This document shows positions 43,908 to 51,928 of a stretch of DNA of 64,000 nucleotides, one piece after another. The notes under the pieces are model-generated. The model was not told the origin of the DNA. It was given only the letters and a program-made list of their open reading frames with translations, and ran no database searches. Within the stretch, counting starts at the first letter, position 1. The number at the start of each line of letters is the position of its first letter. The position numbers and the translations under genes were made by a program. The stretch comes from an uncultured Burkholderiales bacterium (lineage in GTDB: Bacteria; Pseudomonadota; Gammaproteobacteria; Burkholderiales; Usitatibacteraceae), in the NCBI GenBank assembly GCA_947085425.1, contig CAMTWK010000026.1:6507-70506 (forward strand). The letters are read 5' to 3'.

Positions 43908-43919
43908 CACGTTAACGTG
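43908..43919. promoter_or_regulatory. Perfect palindrome CACGTTAACGTG upstream of the small-gene operon (candidate operator)
   Basis: A 12-bp dyad lies 21-32 nt upstream of ATG 43887 on the transcribed side. An RHH repressor is encoded in the operon. Confidence 0.3.
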
Positions 43920-44067
43920 TTGTCTTGTATTTATCGGGCTAAAGAATCGAAGATGAATCTAACGGCAATAAAGTGAACTGCAACCTTAGAAAATTGCACT
44001 CATTCAGATATCCATAACAAAAATTGGTCGCGGTTAATCCACAGACCTCACCACTGACTACTACTGT

Positions 44068-44574
44068 TTACCCAATCTCGCCGAACCGACGTTGCTGAAA
44101 CGGAACCTGCTTCGTCACGTAAAACAGCAACTGTTCAAGGTCAACTACGCCGCGCACGTCCACCTGCGAAGAATGCGTGCTCGTACCAAACATTTTTTGC
44201 CATTGCTTGGACACGAATTGCTCCACTTGCTCAACACTTCTGCGGACGCTGCCGTCGTGCATTGCTAACAGGTGAATATGTACTCGACCTGTTGCTTCAC
44301 CGACCTCGCGCGTTGCGACGATGGTCAAGCGCGAGTTTTGCTCGCCGCGTGCGCAACGCCGCCCAAAGCAAAATTGATTCAGTCGCTTTGAAATTTCCGC
44401 AATGATTGGCTCGCAATTATCGAAATGCCGACTCGTCTTTGGGTCGACATATGAGTCAACGCATCGATTGGTATTCAGCGTGATGAAGTAACCGTGCTGC
44501 TCATGTGCAAGTCGCTTTTGCCATGCCGAAACGACTTCGGCTTGCGAATAGAATCTTGAGGTTCTTGTGTCCAT
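44068..44574 (-). CDS. HUH-superfamily Rep-like protein (inovirus Gp2 / YagK-YfjJ-like)
   Basis: 168 aa with three ordered motifs: GYFITLNT (motif 1, FxTLT-like), RVHIHLLAM (motif 2, HUH) and LLFYVTKQ (motif 3, YxxK). Confidence 0.6.
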   Translation of the reverse strand: MDTRTSRFYSQAEVVSAWQKRLAHEQHGYFITLNTNRCVDSYVDPKTSRHFDNCEPIIAEISKRLNQFCFGRRCARGEQNSRLTIVATREVGEATGRVHIHLLAMHDGSVRRSVEQVEQFVSKQWQKMFGTSTHSSQVDVRGVVDLEQLLFYVTKQVPFQQRRFGEIG

Positions 44575-44779
44575 TTTCCGTGTGCATACTTGTGTTGTTG
44601 TATGTTCTATTTATGCTTGGGACGGACCAAAAATGCCGAAATCTGAAAATAAATTTTGATTCAGATGCGGTTTTTAACGCAAGTGATTGCTTACATCGAG
44701 TTAGGGCACTCCGCAGGTGCTTTTCCGTTTCATTGCGTACCATAAGCTTATCGATAAGCGTCACAACGAAAGCGCGCTG

Positions 44780-46039
44780 CTACTGTTTCGGTGCGTAGCG
44801 TTTACCGCCCAAGCTTTCAGCCACCTTAATTGGCGTCAGATGCGAGTAGTGCTTCTCGATCATTGCAATCGAAGTTCCCATCTGTTTGGCGAGGTCATGA
44901 ATAGGAATCTTGTCCTCGACTAAGCGCAAAGTTGCATAAGTATGTCGCAGCGAGTACAACGTCCTTTCGTTGCCGTGCCCATCTTCGAGCAAACCGATTT
45001 CTAAGAGAAAATCGCGGAACGTGTGGTTCAAGTTCTTCGTCTGCTTGCCGTCAGACATCCGAAAAACATGCTCGTCAACTTTGGCTTTCAGCAACTCATC
45101 GAACGTCATGTCTTTTAGCGAATCAAACCGAAGTTGAATTCGGTTGAAGTACGTCTCGCAGGTATGACGGGCAACCAACTCGCGCTCGCCTGTTTTGCCG
45201 CTTACGCTGACGATCAAATACCGACCATCTTTGGCTTCATGCCATCTGAGGTTTTTCCACTTCAAGTTTGCTGCTTCGGTACCTGCACGAATGCCTGTGT
45301 TGGCGAGAATCAACACGTAATCCCAAAGTAACTCGCGCATCATCTTGCTACGCGGTTTGTTGGCTTTTTTTACCCAATGCCGAAGATTTGCCGTTAACTT
45401 GCGCCATTCTTCCAACGTGAAGTCAGGACGGCGTTTTGATTTGCGACCATTCTTCTGCAATGCAGGAACGTTCTTGCGTGTCGCGAGTCCTTCTTGCACG
45501 GCGAGGTCGAAGATGCGGTTCATCGCCGCATTGTGGTTGGCAAGCGTCGACGCAGCAGGGGTCTTGCCCATTTGCTCAATGCGCCATGCACTGAATGCTT
45601 CGAGTTCGTTGTCGCCGATGTTATCGACGTGCCGCGATTTGAAAAATGGAATAAGGTATTTTTCCGTCGCCATGACGTAGTCCTTATAGGCGACTTTCCC
45701 TGTTCCGTTCGCGAGCGCTTTTTCCATCAGTGCTACTGATTGCTTTGCAACATCGGAAAACCGTTTGCTAATCGCGTTTAAACCGTCTTCTGCGCGAAAA
45801 CGTGCTCTGTCGTATGCGTCGCCTGCAATACGTTTGGCTTCTGTCAGATTTGATCGCTTGGTCGATATGCGATGCCACCCTGAACTCGGCAACTTGAAGC
45901 GCGCCTGCCACTTCGACGAAAGGTCTCGCCGATACAAGACGACTTCGCCGTCGCGTATTTTGTAAGTACGTTGTGAGGTCAATTCATTCGCCGTAAAAGT
46001 CGCGTCACATTCAGGACATCTCAGCACGCTATTCAGCAT
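44780..46039 (-). CDS. Tyrosine-type site-specific integrase of the island
   Basis: 419 aa with boxes NTGIRAGTEAANLKWKNL (Arg I), YSLRHTYATL (His-x-x-Arg) and MGTSIAMIEKHYSH (Tyr). It lies about 150 bp from the tRNA 3' end. Confidence 0.9.
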   Translation of the reverse strand: MLNSVLRCPECDATFTANELTSQRTYKIRDGEVVLYRRDLSSKWQARFKLPSSGWHRISTKRSNLTEAKRIAGDAYDRARFRAEDGLNAISKRFSDVAKQSVALMEKALANGTGKVAYKDYVMATEKYLIPFFKSRHVDNIGDNELEAFSAWRIEQMGKTPAASTLANHNAAMNRIFDLAVQEGLATRKNVPALQKNGRKSKRRPDFTLEEWRKLTANLRHWVKKANKPRSKMMRELLWDYVLILANTGIRAGTEAANLKWKNLRWHEAKDGRYLIVSVSGKTGERELVARHTCETYFNRIQLRFDSLKDMTFDELLKAKVDEHVFRMSDGKQTKNLNHTFRDFLLEIGLLEDGHGNERTLYSLRHTYATLRLVEDKIPIHDLAKQMGTSIAMIEKHYSHLTPIKVAESLGGKRYAPKQ

Positions 46040-46188
46040 GATGAACCATGCGGAATGCCACGTAGAAACACCATGCTAACTGACAATTTTGGCGTCGCAG
46101 AAATTTGCGACTGTGCAATGACTGTGCACGCACAGCAAATTTGGCGCGAAAAATAAACCAATCACAAGTCATTGATTTATATAGCTTT

Positions 46189-46234
46189 TTGGTGGGCCGT
46201 GTTGGACTTGAACCAACGACCAAAGGATTATGAG
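46189..46234. repeat. Proximal att repeat inside the tRNA gene
   Basis: Identical 46-mer to 39329..39374. Confidence 0.95.
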
Positions 46235-46266
46235 TCCTCTGCTCTAACCAACTGAGCTAACGGCCC
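46190..46266 (-). tRNA. tRNA with anticodon CAT (elongator Met, or Ile2 if lysidine-modified)
   Basis: The reverse complement is GGGCCGT-TA-GCTC-AGTTGGTTA-GAGC-A-GAGGA-CTCATAA-TCCTT-TGGTC-GTTGG-TTCAAGT-CCAAC-ACGGCCC-ACCA. It folds as a 77-nt cloverleaf. The variable region and T-arm wording is close to E. coli ileX as I recall it, so Ile2 is possible. Confidence 0.9.
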
Positions 46267-46394
46267 TGCGTGTTTCTGCTGCTTACGTCCTCTGCTCATT
46301 TTTCGTCGATTAAACTCCGACGAAAAATCCACTGCGCGGCATGCATGCCGCTTAAATTCGCGAAGCACAAGACATGCCGCAGGGCATCTCTTGT

Positions 46395-46425
46395 GTCCGC
46401 GCTCTTCCAACTGAGCTAACGGCCC
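46395..46425 (-). other. Orphan tRNA 5' half (acceptor 5' strand + D-arm) 129 nt upstream of the intact tRNA
   Basis: The reverse complement GGGCCGTTAGCTCAGTTGGAAGAGCGCGGAC matches the first 20 nt of the tRNA (GGGCCGTTAGCTCAGTTGGTTAGAGCAGAGGAC) and then diverges. No anticodon arm, T-arm or 3' acceptor follows. Confidence 0.6.
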
Positions 46426-46530
46426 TTTGCATCAAAAAACTACTGCAAAAGTCACAGTGTCGTGCAATTATAACGGAGCAGGCCGCGTTGCCCGATCACG
46501 TTATCGTCTTATCGTCCGTGTGCAAAAAAT

Positions 46531-49299
46531 ATGCCCCATCCACTTCACCCCACCAAGACCAACAAATCCGCCGTCTTCCCCAAGTCGGCGGCCGCGCATT
46601 ATTTGGCACCGCTGTTTATACCGCGGTCGGTGGCGTTGGTGGGGGCATCGTCCCGCGAAGGTTCTTTGGGCCGTTTTGTATTCGAAAACATGCTGGCTGC
46701 GGGTTTCAGCGGCGAGATCTATCCGGTCAACCCCAAGTACAAGTCTATTTTTGATCGGCCAACGTTTGCCTCGGTGACCGATCTGCCGACCGTTCCGGAT
46801 TTGGTAGTGATCGTTTGTCCGGCGCATACCGTCGCGGACATCCTCCACGATGCCGGTGTAAGAGGTGTGCCGGCTGCGCTGGTGCTGTCTGCAGGGTTTG
46901 CCGAGATTGGTAAAGAAGGCAAAATTCGCGCCAGACTGATTGCGGCAGAGTTGAAGCGTTATGGCATGCGGATGCTGGGGCCAAATTGTGTTGGTTTGAT
47001 GCGCCCGGCCATCGGTTTAAACGCGACCTTTGCCAACGCCACAGCCAAGCCGGGGGCAATGGCGTTGGTTTCACAATCGGGGGCCGTTTGCACGGCAATT
47101 CTAGATTGGGCAGCCACCACGGAGATTGGTTTTTCGAGTGTGATTTCGTTGGGGGGTGCACTTGATCTGGATTTTGGTGACGTGCTGGATTTTTTGGTGC
47201 ACGATCCGGAAACAAAAAGCATTCTGATGTACATCGAAGGAGTACGCGATGCCCGTCGGTTGATGTCGGCCTTGCGCGCGGCGGCACGGGTCAAACCGGT
47301 GGTGGTGCTGAAGGCGGGACACAATCAATCCGGCAAAGCGGCGGTACTCAGCCATACCGGTGCCCTCGCGGGCAGCGACAAGGTGTGGAGTTCGGCGTTG
47401 GCACGGGCCGGTGTGGTGCGCGCCAAATCTTCGATGCAATTATTTGCCGCGGCCAGGGTGTGCTCAGACCCGCGATTTGCCCGCAGTCTTGGCGGTGACC
47501 GATTGGCGATTATCACCAACGGCGGCGGGCCTGGGGTGGTGGCGGCCGATTGTGCGGACGACAATCATTTGCCACTGGCAACCCTTGAAGCCACCACCAT
47601 TAAAAAATTAAATGAGGTGTTGCCGGTGCATTGGTCACACGCCAATCCGGTCGATATTATTGGTGACGCGCCAGCCGAGCGATTTGGCGCGGCGTTGGCA
47701 ATTGTATTGGCCGACAAAAATGTCGATGCAGTGTTGGCCATGTATTGCCCAACGGCGATGACACGAGGTGAAGACGCGGCCGATGCCATTATTCCATTGG
47801 CGGTTGAAGCGATCGCTGAGATGAAAAAGCCGGTGTTTACCGCCTGGCTGGGTGGTGCGTCGATTGTCACCGCCAGAAAACACTTCGCCGACGCCGGTGT
47901 CGCCAATTTTCTGACACCCGAAAGTGCGGTGGAGGCTTTTTCACATTTGGCAAAATTTCACAAGCATCGGACCATGCTGCTAGAGTCGGTCCCCACCTCG
48001 GTGTCGATGAGCCTGACGGATCTGGAACAAGCGATTGCCACCGCGCAAGAAATTCGCCAGGTGGCGTTGGCGGAAAACCGCACCTTGTTACGTGAAGCGG
48101 AGGCGAAAGCGCTGTTGGCGGCATTTCAGCTACCGGTCAAGGTCGGCGAACTGGTCACATCACGCGCGGCGGCTGAAGCCGCAGCGAAGAAAATGGGCTT
48201 CCCAGTGGTGCTCAAAATTGATTCGCCTGACATTACCCACAAGAGTGATGTCGGCGGCGTACGTCTGAATCTGGTTAACACCCGCCAGGTTAGCGGCGCG
48301 TTCGACGCCATCATTGCGGCCATTGCTGATGCTGCGCCACTGGCAAAAATCAACGGCATCAACGTCCAACCGATGCTGAAATTTAATCACTCGCGTGAAG
48401 TGTTGGTGGGCATTTCCCGCGACGCCACGTTCGGGTCGATCATTTCATTTGGCACCGGCGGTGTCGCCGTTGAGGTGGTGGGGGATACGGCCGTTGCCTT
48501 GCCACCACTCAATGCTGTGCTGGCAAAAGAGTTGATTGATAAAACCGATGTCGCAAAAATGCTCGGTGCCTACCGCAACATTCCGGCCATCGACGAGGCG
48601 GCATTGCTGGATGTGGTGGTGCGTGTCTCGACCATCGCCTGCGCCTTGCCGTGGGTGCTGGAAATGGACTTGAACCCGGTGCTGACGCACCCCGCCGGTG
48701 CGGTGATTGCCGATGCACGCATTGTCATCGATGCCCACGCACCGATGACGGATTCGCGCTACCGGCACATGGCGATTTTTCCGTATCCGATTGAGTTGCA
48801 GCAATCGTTGACGTTGCGCGATGGATCACCGATCAAGGTGCGGGCGATCCGGCCGGACGACGCCGATCGCGAACGTGCCTTTGTGGCCGCCATGTCGGAT
48901 ACATCTCGTTATTACCGATTTTTTCATTCACTCACCGCACTGTCCGATGAAATGATCGCGCGTTTTACCCAGCTTGATTACGATCGCGAGATGGCTTTGA
49001 TTGCGCTGACCGAAGATGAATCGGAAATTGTTGGTGTGTGTCGTTATCATCCCAACGCCAACGGCGTCAGTGTTGAGTTTGCGATTGCCATTGCCGATAA
49101 GTGGCAACAAAAAGGCATGGGCAGATTGCTGATGGACAAACTGATTCACTGCGCCCGCGACGCCGATTATGCCAGCGTTGAAGGCTCCGTCTTGCTTGCC
49201 AATGTCGGCATGTTGAAACTGGTGGCTGCACTCGGATTTCAAACCGAACACAGTTCCGATGCAAACGACACCATACGGGTGAACCTGTCACTTCGATAA
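46531..49299 (+). CDS. Pat/YfiQ-like protein lysine acetyltransferase (NDP-forming acyl-CoA synthetase-like region + C-terminal GNAT)
   Basis: 922 aa. It has a CoA-binding N-terminus (PRSVALVGASSREGSLG), a succinyl-CoA-synthetase-like middle, an ATP-grasp region (GFPVVLKIDSPDITHKSDVGGV) and a GNAT tail (QQKGMGRLLMDKLI). Confidence 0.85.
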   Translation: MPHPLHPTKTNKSAVFPKSAAAHYLAPLFIPRSVALVGASSREGSLGRFVFENMLAAGFSGEIYPVNPKYKSIFDRPTFASVTDLPTVPDLVVIVCPAHTVADILHDAGVRGVPAALVLSAGFAEIGKEGKIRARLIAAELKRYGMRMLGPNCVGLMRPAIGLNATFANATAKPGAMALVSQSGAVCTAILDWAATTEIGFSSVISLGGALDLDFGDVLDFLVHDPETKSILMYIEGVRDARRLMSALRAAARVKPVVVLKAGHNQSGKAAVLSHTGALAGSDKVWSSALARAGVVRAKSSMQLFAAARVCSDPRFARSLGGDRLAIITNGGGPGVVAADCADDNHLPLATLEATTIKKLNEVLPVHWSHANPVDIIGDAPAERFGAALAIVLADKNVDAVLAMYCPTAMTRGEDAADAIIPLAVEAIAEMKKPVFTAWLGGASIVTARKHFADAGVANFLTPESAVEAFSHLAKFHKHRTMLLESVPTSVSMSLTDLEQAIATAQEIRQVALAENRTLLREAEAKALLAAFQLPVKVGELVTSRAAAEAAAKKMGFPVVLKIDSPDITHKSDVGGVRLNLVNTRQVSGAFDAIIAAIADAAPLAKINGINVQPMLKFNHSREVLVGISRDATFGSIISFGTGGVAVEVVGDTAVALPPLNAVLAKELIDKTDVAKMLGAYRNIPAIDEAALLDVVVRVSTIACALPWVLEMDLNPVLTHPAGAVIADARIVIDAHAPMTDSRYRHMAIFPYPIELQQSLTLRDGSPIKVRAIRPDDADRERAFVAAMSDTSRYYRFFHSLTALSDEMIARFTQLDYDREMALIALTEDESEIVGVCRYHPNANGVSVEFAIAIADKWQQKGMGRLLMDKLIHCARDADYASVEGSVLLANVGMLKLVAALGFQTEHSSDANDTIRVNLSLR

Positions 49300-49334
49300 T
49301 CAGACTTGACACCAGCCGACAACAATGCAGAAAA

Positions 49335-49368
49335 CAAAAAAGGCAGCCAAGGCTGCCATTTTTGTTTG
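49335..49368. terminator. Weak bidirectional terminator-like hairpin between convergent pat-like and rpoD genes
   Basis: AAAAAGGCAG-ccaagg-CTGCCATTTTTGTTTG. The stem is short (5-7 bp). Confidence 0.4.
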
Positions 49369-49425
49369 CATCTATTCGATGTGGTGTGTGTGACCCACCA
49401 ACAACGATAAAATTGAACGTTTTAA

Positions 49426-49677
49426 CCTGCATATTTCACGGGGTTGCGTGCGAGAGTGGGTCGATGGACGTGTGATTTTCCGTTCGACTGACCACGGCAT
49501 AGCCGGCCGTGTTTGGCAAATGAGCACGGAAAGAGAACGGAAAAACGCATGTTCAGCGGCCTGTAATCGGGCGCAAAGGATCCGTGTTCAATAAAAACCA
49601 AATTGGATGACAAAGCGCAATACAACTTCACGGGCCAGTCCCCAGGCGGAGTGGGGCCGACCCGTGAAATATGCAGG
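49426..49677. repeat. 252-bp segment bounded by a 17-bp perfect inverted repeat (CCTGCATATTTCACGGG / CCCGTGAAATATGCAGG)
   Basis: The exact inverted 17-mers are at 49426-49442 and 49661-49677. The right copy abuts the rpoD stop codon (49678-49680). A third partial copy, GTGAAATATGCAGGCTA, lies at 56278-56294. Confidence 0.7.
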
Positions 49678-51621
49678 CTAGGACTCTTGCTCCAAGAAAC
49701 TCTTTAAACGCTCGGAACGGCTCGGGTGACGCAGCTTGCGCAACGCCTTGGCTTCAATCTGGCGAATACGCTCACGCGTCACGTCAAACTGTTTGCCAAC
49801 TTCTTCGAGTGTGTGGTCGGTGTTCATTTCAATACCAAAACGCATCCGCAATACTTTTGCTTCGCGAGGCGTGAGTGAATCCAACACATCTTTGGTGACA
49901 TTGCGCAGCGACGAATATTGTGCTGCATCTGTTGGCGCCAATGTGTTGGTGTCTTCGATGAAATCGCCCAGATGGGAATCATCATCGTCGCCAATCGGCG
50001 TTTCCATCGAGATTGGCTCTTTGGAAATCTTCATGATCTTGCGAATCTTTTCTTCCGGCATTTCCATTTTTTCCGCCAGTGTCGCCGGATCAGGCTCGAG
50101 GCCGGTTTCCTGCAGAATCTGCCGCGAAATACGATTCATCTTGTTGATGGTTTCGATCATGTGAACCGGAATACGAATGGTCCGCGCCTGATCGGCGATC
50201 GAACGGGTGATCGCTTGACGGATCCACCATGTCGCATAGGTGGAGAATTTATAACCGCGACGATATTCAAACTTGTCGACGGCTTTCATCAGACCAATGT
50301 TGCCTTCCTGGATCAAATCCAGGAATTGCAATCCGCGGTTGGTGTATTTTTTGGCAATCGAAATCACCAAACGCAGGTTGGCTTCGATCATTTCCCGTTT
50401 TGCGCGGCGTGCTTTGGCTTCGCCAATCGACATTTGCCGTGAAATTTCTTTTAAATCCTTGATCGGAATACCCACGTCTTTTTGGATTTCAATCAGGTTT
50501 TCCTGCAGCTCAACCACGGCCGGTTTGAATCGCAACAACGCAACGGCATAAGCCTTGGCGTGTGGCGCGGCGATTTCATCTGCGATCCACTTCAAATTAA
50601 TTTCATTACCCGGGAAGGCCTTGATAAAGTGCGCGCGTGGCATGCTGGAATTTTGCACACACAGATGCTGAATCTCGCGTTCTTTTTTGCGCACCGAATC
50701 CACCAGTCCGCGCAGTCCGTTGCACAACGACTCAACCTGCTTGGCACCAAAACGAATCTGCATCAATTCGGCAGATAACTCTTCCTGCAAATCTTTGTAG
50801 GCGCGGGCGCGATAGCCCTTTTCAACCAGCACCTTTTTCATCTTCTTGTAGATTTTGCGAATCTGGTTGAAGTGAACCATCGACTCTTGTTTTAACTGCG
50901 CCAGGTTGGCGGCGGCAATAGCGCCATCCTCATCGGCATCTTCTTCCTCGTCGTCGTCAAGCTCGTCGTCATCTTCCAATTCTTCATCGGACAATTGCGA
51001 CTCTTTGACTTCGTCTTCATTTGGATCGACCAACCCATCGATCACTTCATCGATGCGCATTTCATCACTCTCAACTTTATCCGCGAGGGCGAGAATGGCT
51101 TCAATGGTGGTCGGGCAGGCGGAAATCGCCTGGATCATATGTTTCAATCCGTCTTCGATGCGTTTGGCGATTTCGATTTCGCCTTCACGGGTCAGCAATT
51201 CAACCGAACCCATTTCGCGCATGTACATACGCACCGGGTCGGTGGTGCGTCCAAATTCAGAGTCAACCGTTGACAGCGCCTGTGCCGCTTCTTCATCCGC
51301 ATCGTCGTCGGCAACAGCAGGGGCCGCCTCGTTCATCAATAACGTTTCGGCGTCCGGCGCCTCGTCATAGACTTGAATGCCCATGTCGTTAAAGGTAGTG
51401 ATAATGGCTTCGATTTGTTCCGCGTCGACCATGTCCGGCAAATGGTCGTTAATTTCGCCGTAGGTCAAAAAGCCACGGTCTTTGCCCATCGAAATCAGAC
51501 CTTTCAGACGGGTTTTCTGTGCCTCAACATCAGCGGGTGCCATTTCGGCAGACTTCGCCTGCCGTCCCTTTGGGAATGGATATTCGTCGTGATCTTGAGC
51601 GCTTTTTGGTTTGCGGGCCAT
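49678..51621 (-). CDS. rpoD: RNA polymerase sigma factor RpoD (sigma-70)
   Basis: 647 aa with an acidic region 1 ([17 protein letters not shown]), region 2.4 ([14 protein letters not shown]) and region 4.2 ([30 protein letters not shown]). Confidence 0.97.
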   Translation of the reverse strand: MARKPKSAQDHDEYPFPKGRQAKSAEMAPADVEAQKTRLKGLISMGKDRGFLTYGEINDHLPDMVDAEQIEAIITTFNDMGIQVYDEAPDAETLLMNEAAPAVADDDADEEAAQALSTVDSEFGRTTDPVRMYMREMGSVELLTREGEIEIAKRIEDGLKHMIQAISACPTTIEAILALADKVESDEMRIDEVIDGLVDPNEDEVKESQLSDEELEDDDELDDDEEEDADEDGAIAAANLAQLKQESMVHFNQIRKIYKKMKKVLVEKGYRARAYKDLQEELSAELMQIRFGAKQVESLCNGLRGLVDSVRKKEREIQHLCVQNSSMPRAHFIKAFPGNEINLKWIADEIAAPHAKAYAVALLRFKPAVVELQENLIEIQKDVGIPIKDLKEISRQMSIGEAKARRAKREMIEANLRLVISIAKKYTNRGLQFLDLIQEGNIGLMKAVDKFEYRRGYKFSTYATWWIRQAITRSIADQARTIRIPVHMIETINKMNRISRQILQETGLEPDPATLAEKMEMPEEKIRKIMKISKEPISMETPIGDDDDSHLGDFIEDTNTLAPTDAAQYSSLRNVTKDVLDSLTPREAKVLRMRFGIEMNTDHTLEEVGKQFDVTRERIRQIEAKALRKLRHPSRSERLKSFLEQES

Positions 51622-51928
51622 TTTGTAATCCAGATAGAGGCAGATTTAGCGGCGTGAAAAACAATGGCGCAGATTCTTTCGGCCAAAGCCCTTCAGCAAT
51701 GCTAAACAGGGGGCAAGAGGGGGAAACAGAACCGTCAATTTTATCACGCCAGCCGTTTTTACGATAGGTCTAGCTTGATTTTACCAATCGCGACAAGGAC
51801 TTATCGCCATAGAGTGGCCTGGATCGCAGAAAGTTTCACAGCAAAAATAATGCCACAGATGAAAATACATAACAAATACACCGGATTTCAGCCAATAACA
51901 GCTGGGAATGCCCGTCTTTATTCAAGCT

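Larger units (their letters stand above)
39329..46234. mobile_element. ~6.9-kb tRNA-integrated genomic island
   Basis: It is bounded by 46-bp perfect direct repeats, one of them inside the tRNA gene. A tyrosine integrase gene is adjacent to the tRNA. The interior is visibly more AT-rich than the flanks. Cargo comprises R-M, a HUH protein, a short recombinase, small ORFs and IS debris. Confidence 0.9.

Noticed and set aside
46228-46410. 60-aa minus-strand ORF spanning the tRNA and its upstream spacer
   Set aside because: It overlaps a canonical tRNA gene and hairpin-rich spacer, so it is an artefact of the open frame.
46267-46425. tRNA 5' half plus structured spacer as an intron-containing (group I) tRNA, as known for a betaproteobacterial tRNA-Ile(CAU)
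   Set aside because: What follows the spacer is a complete tRNA with its own 5' half, not a 3' exon. The spacer is only ~130 nt and I see none of the P3-P8 core pairings.
49422-49631. 69-aa minus-strand ORF inside the inverted-repeat-bounded segment
   Set aside because: It has no RBS and no motif, and it lies wholly within a probable non-coding repeat element.
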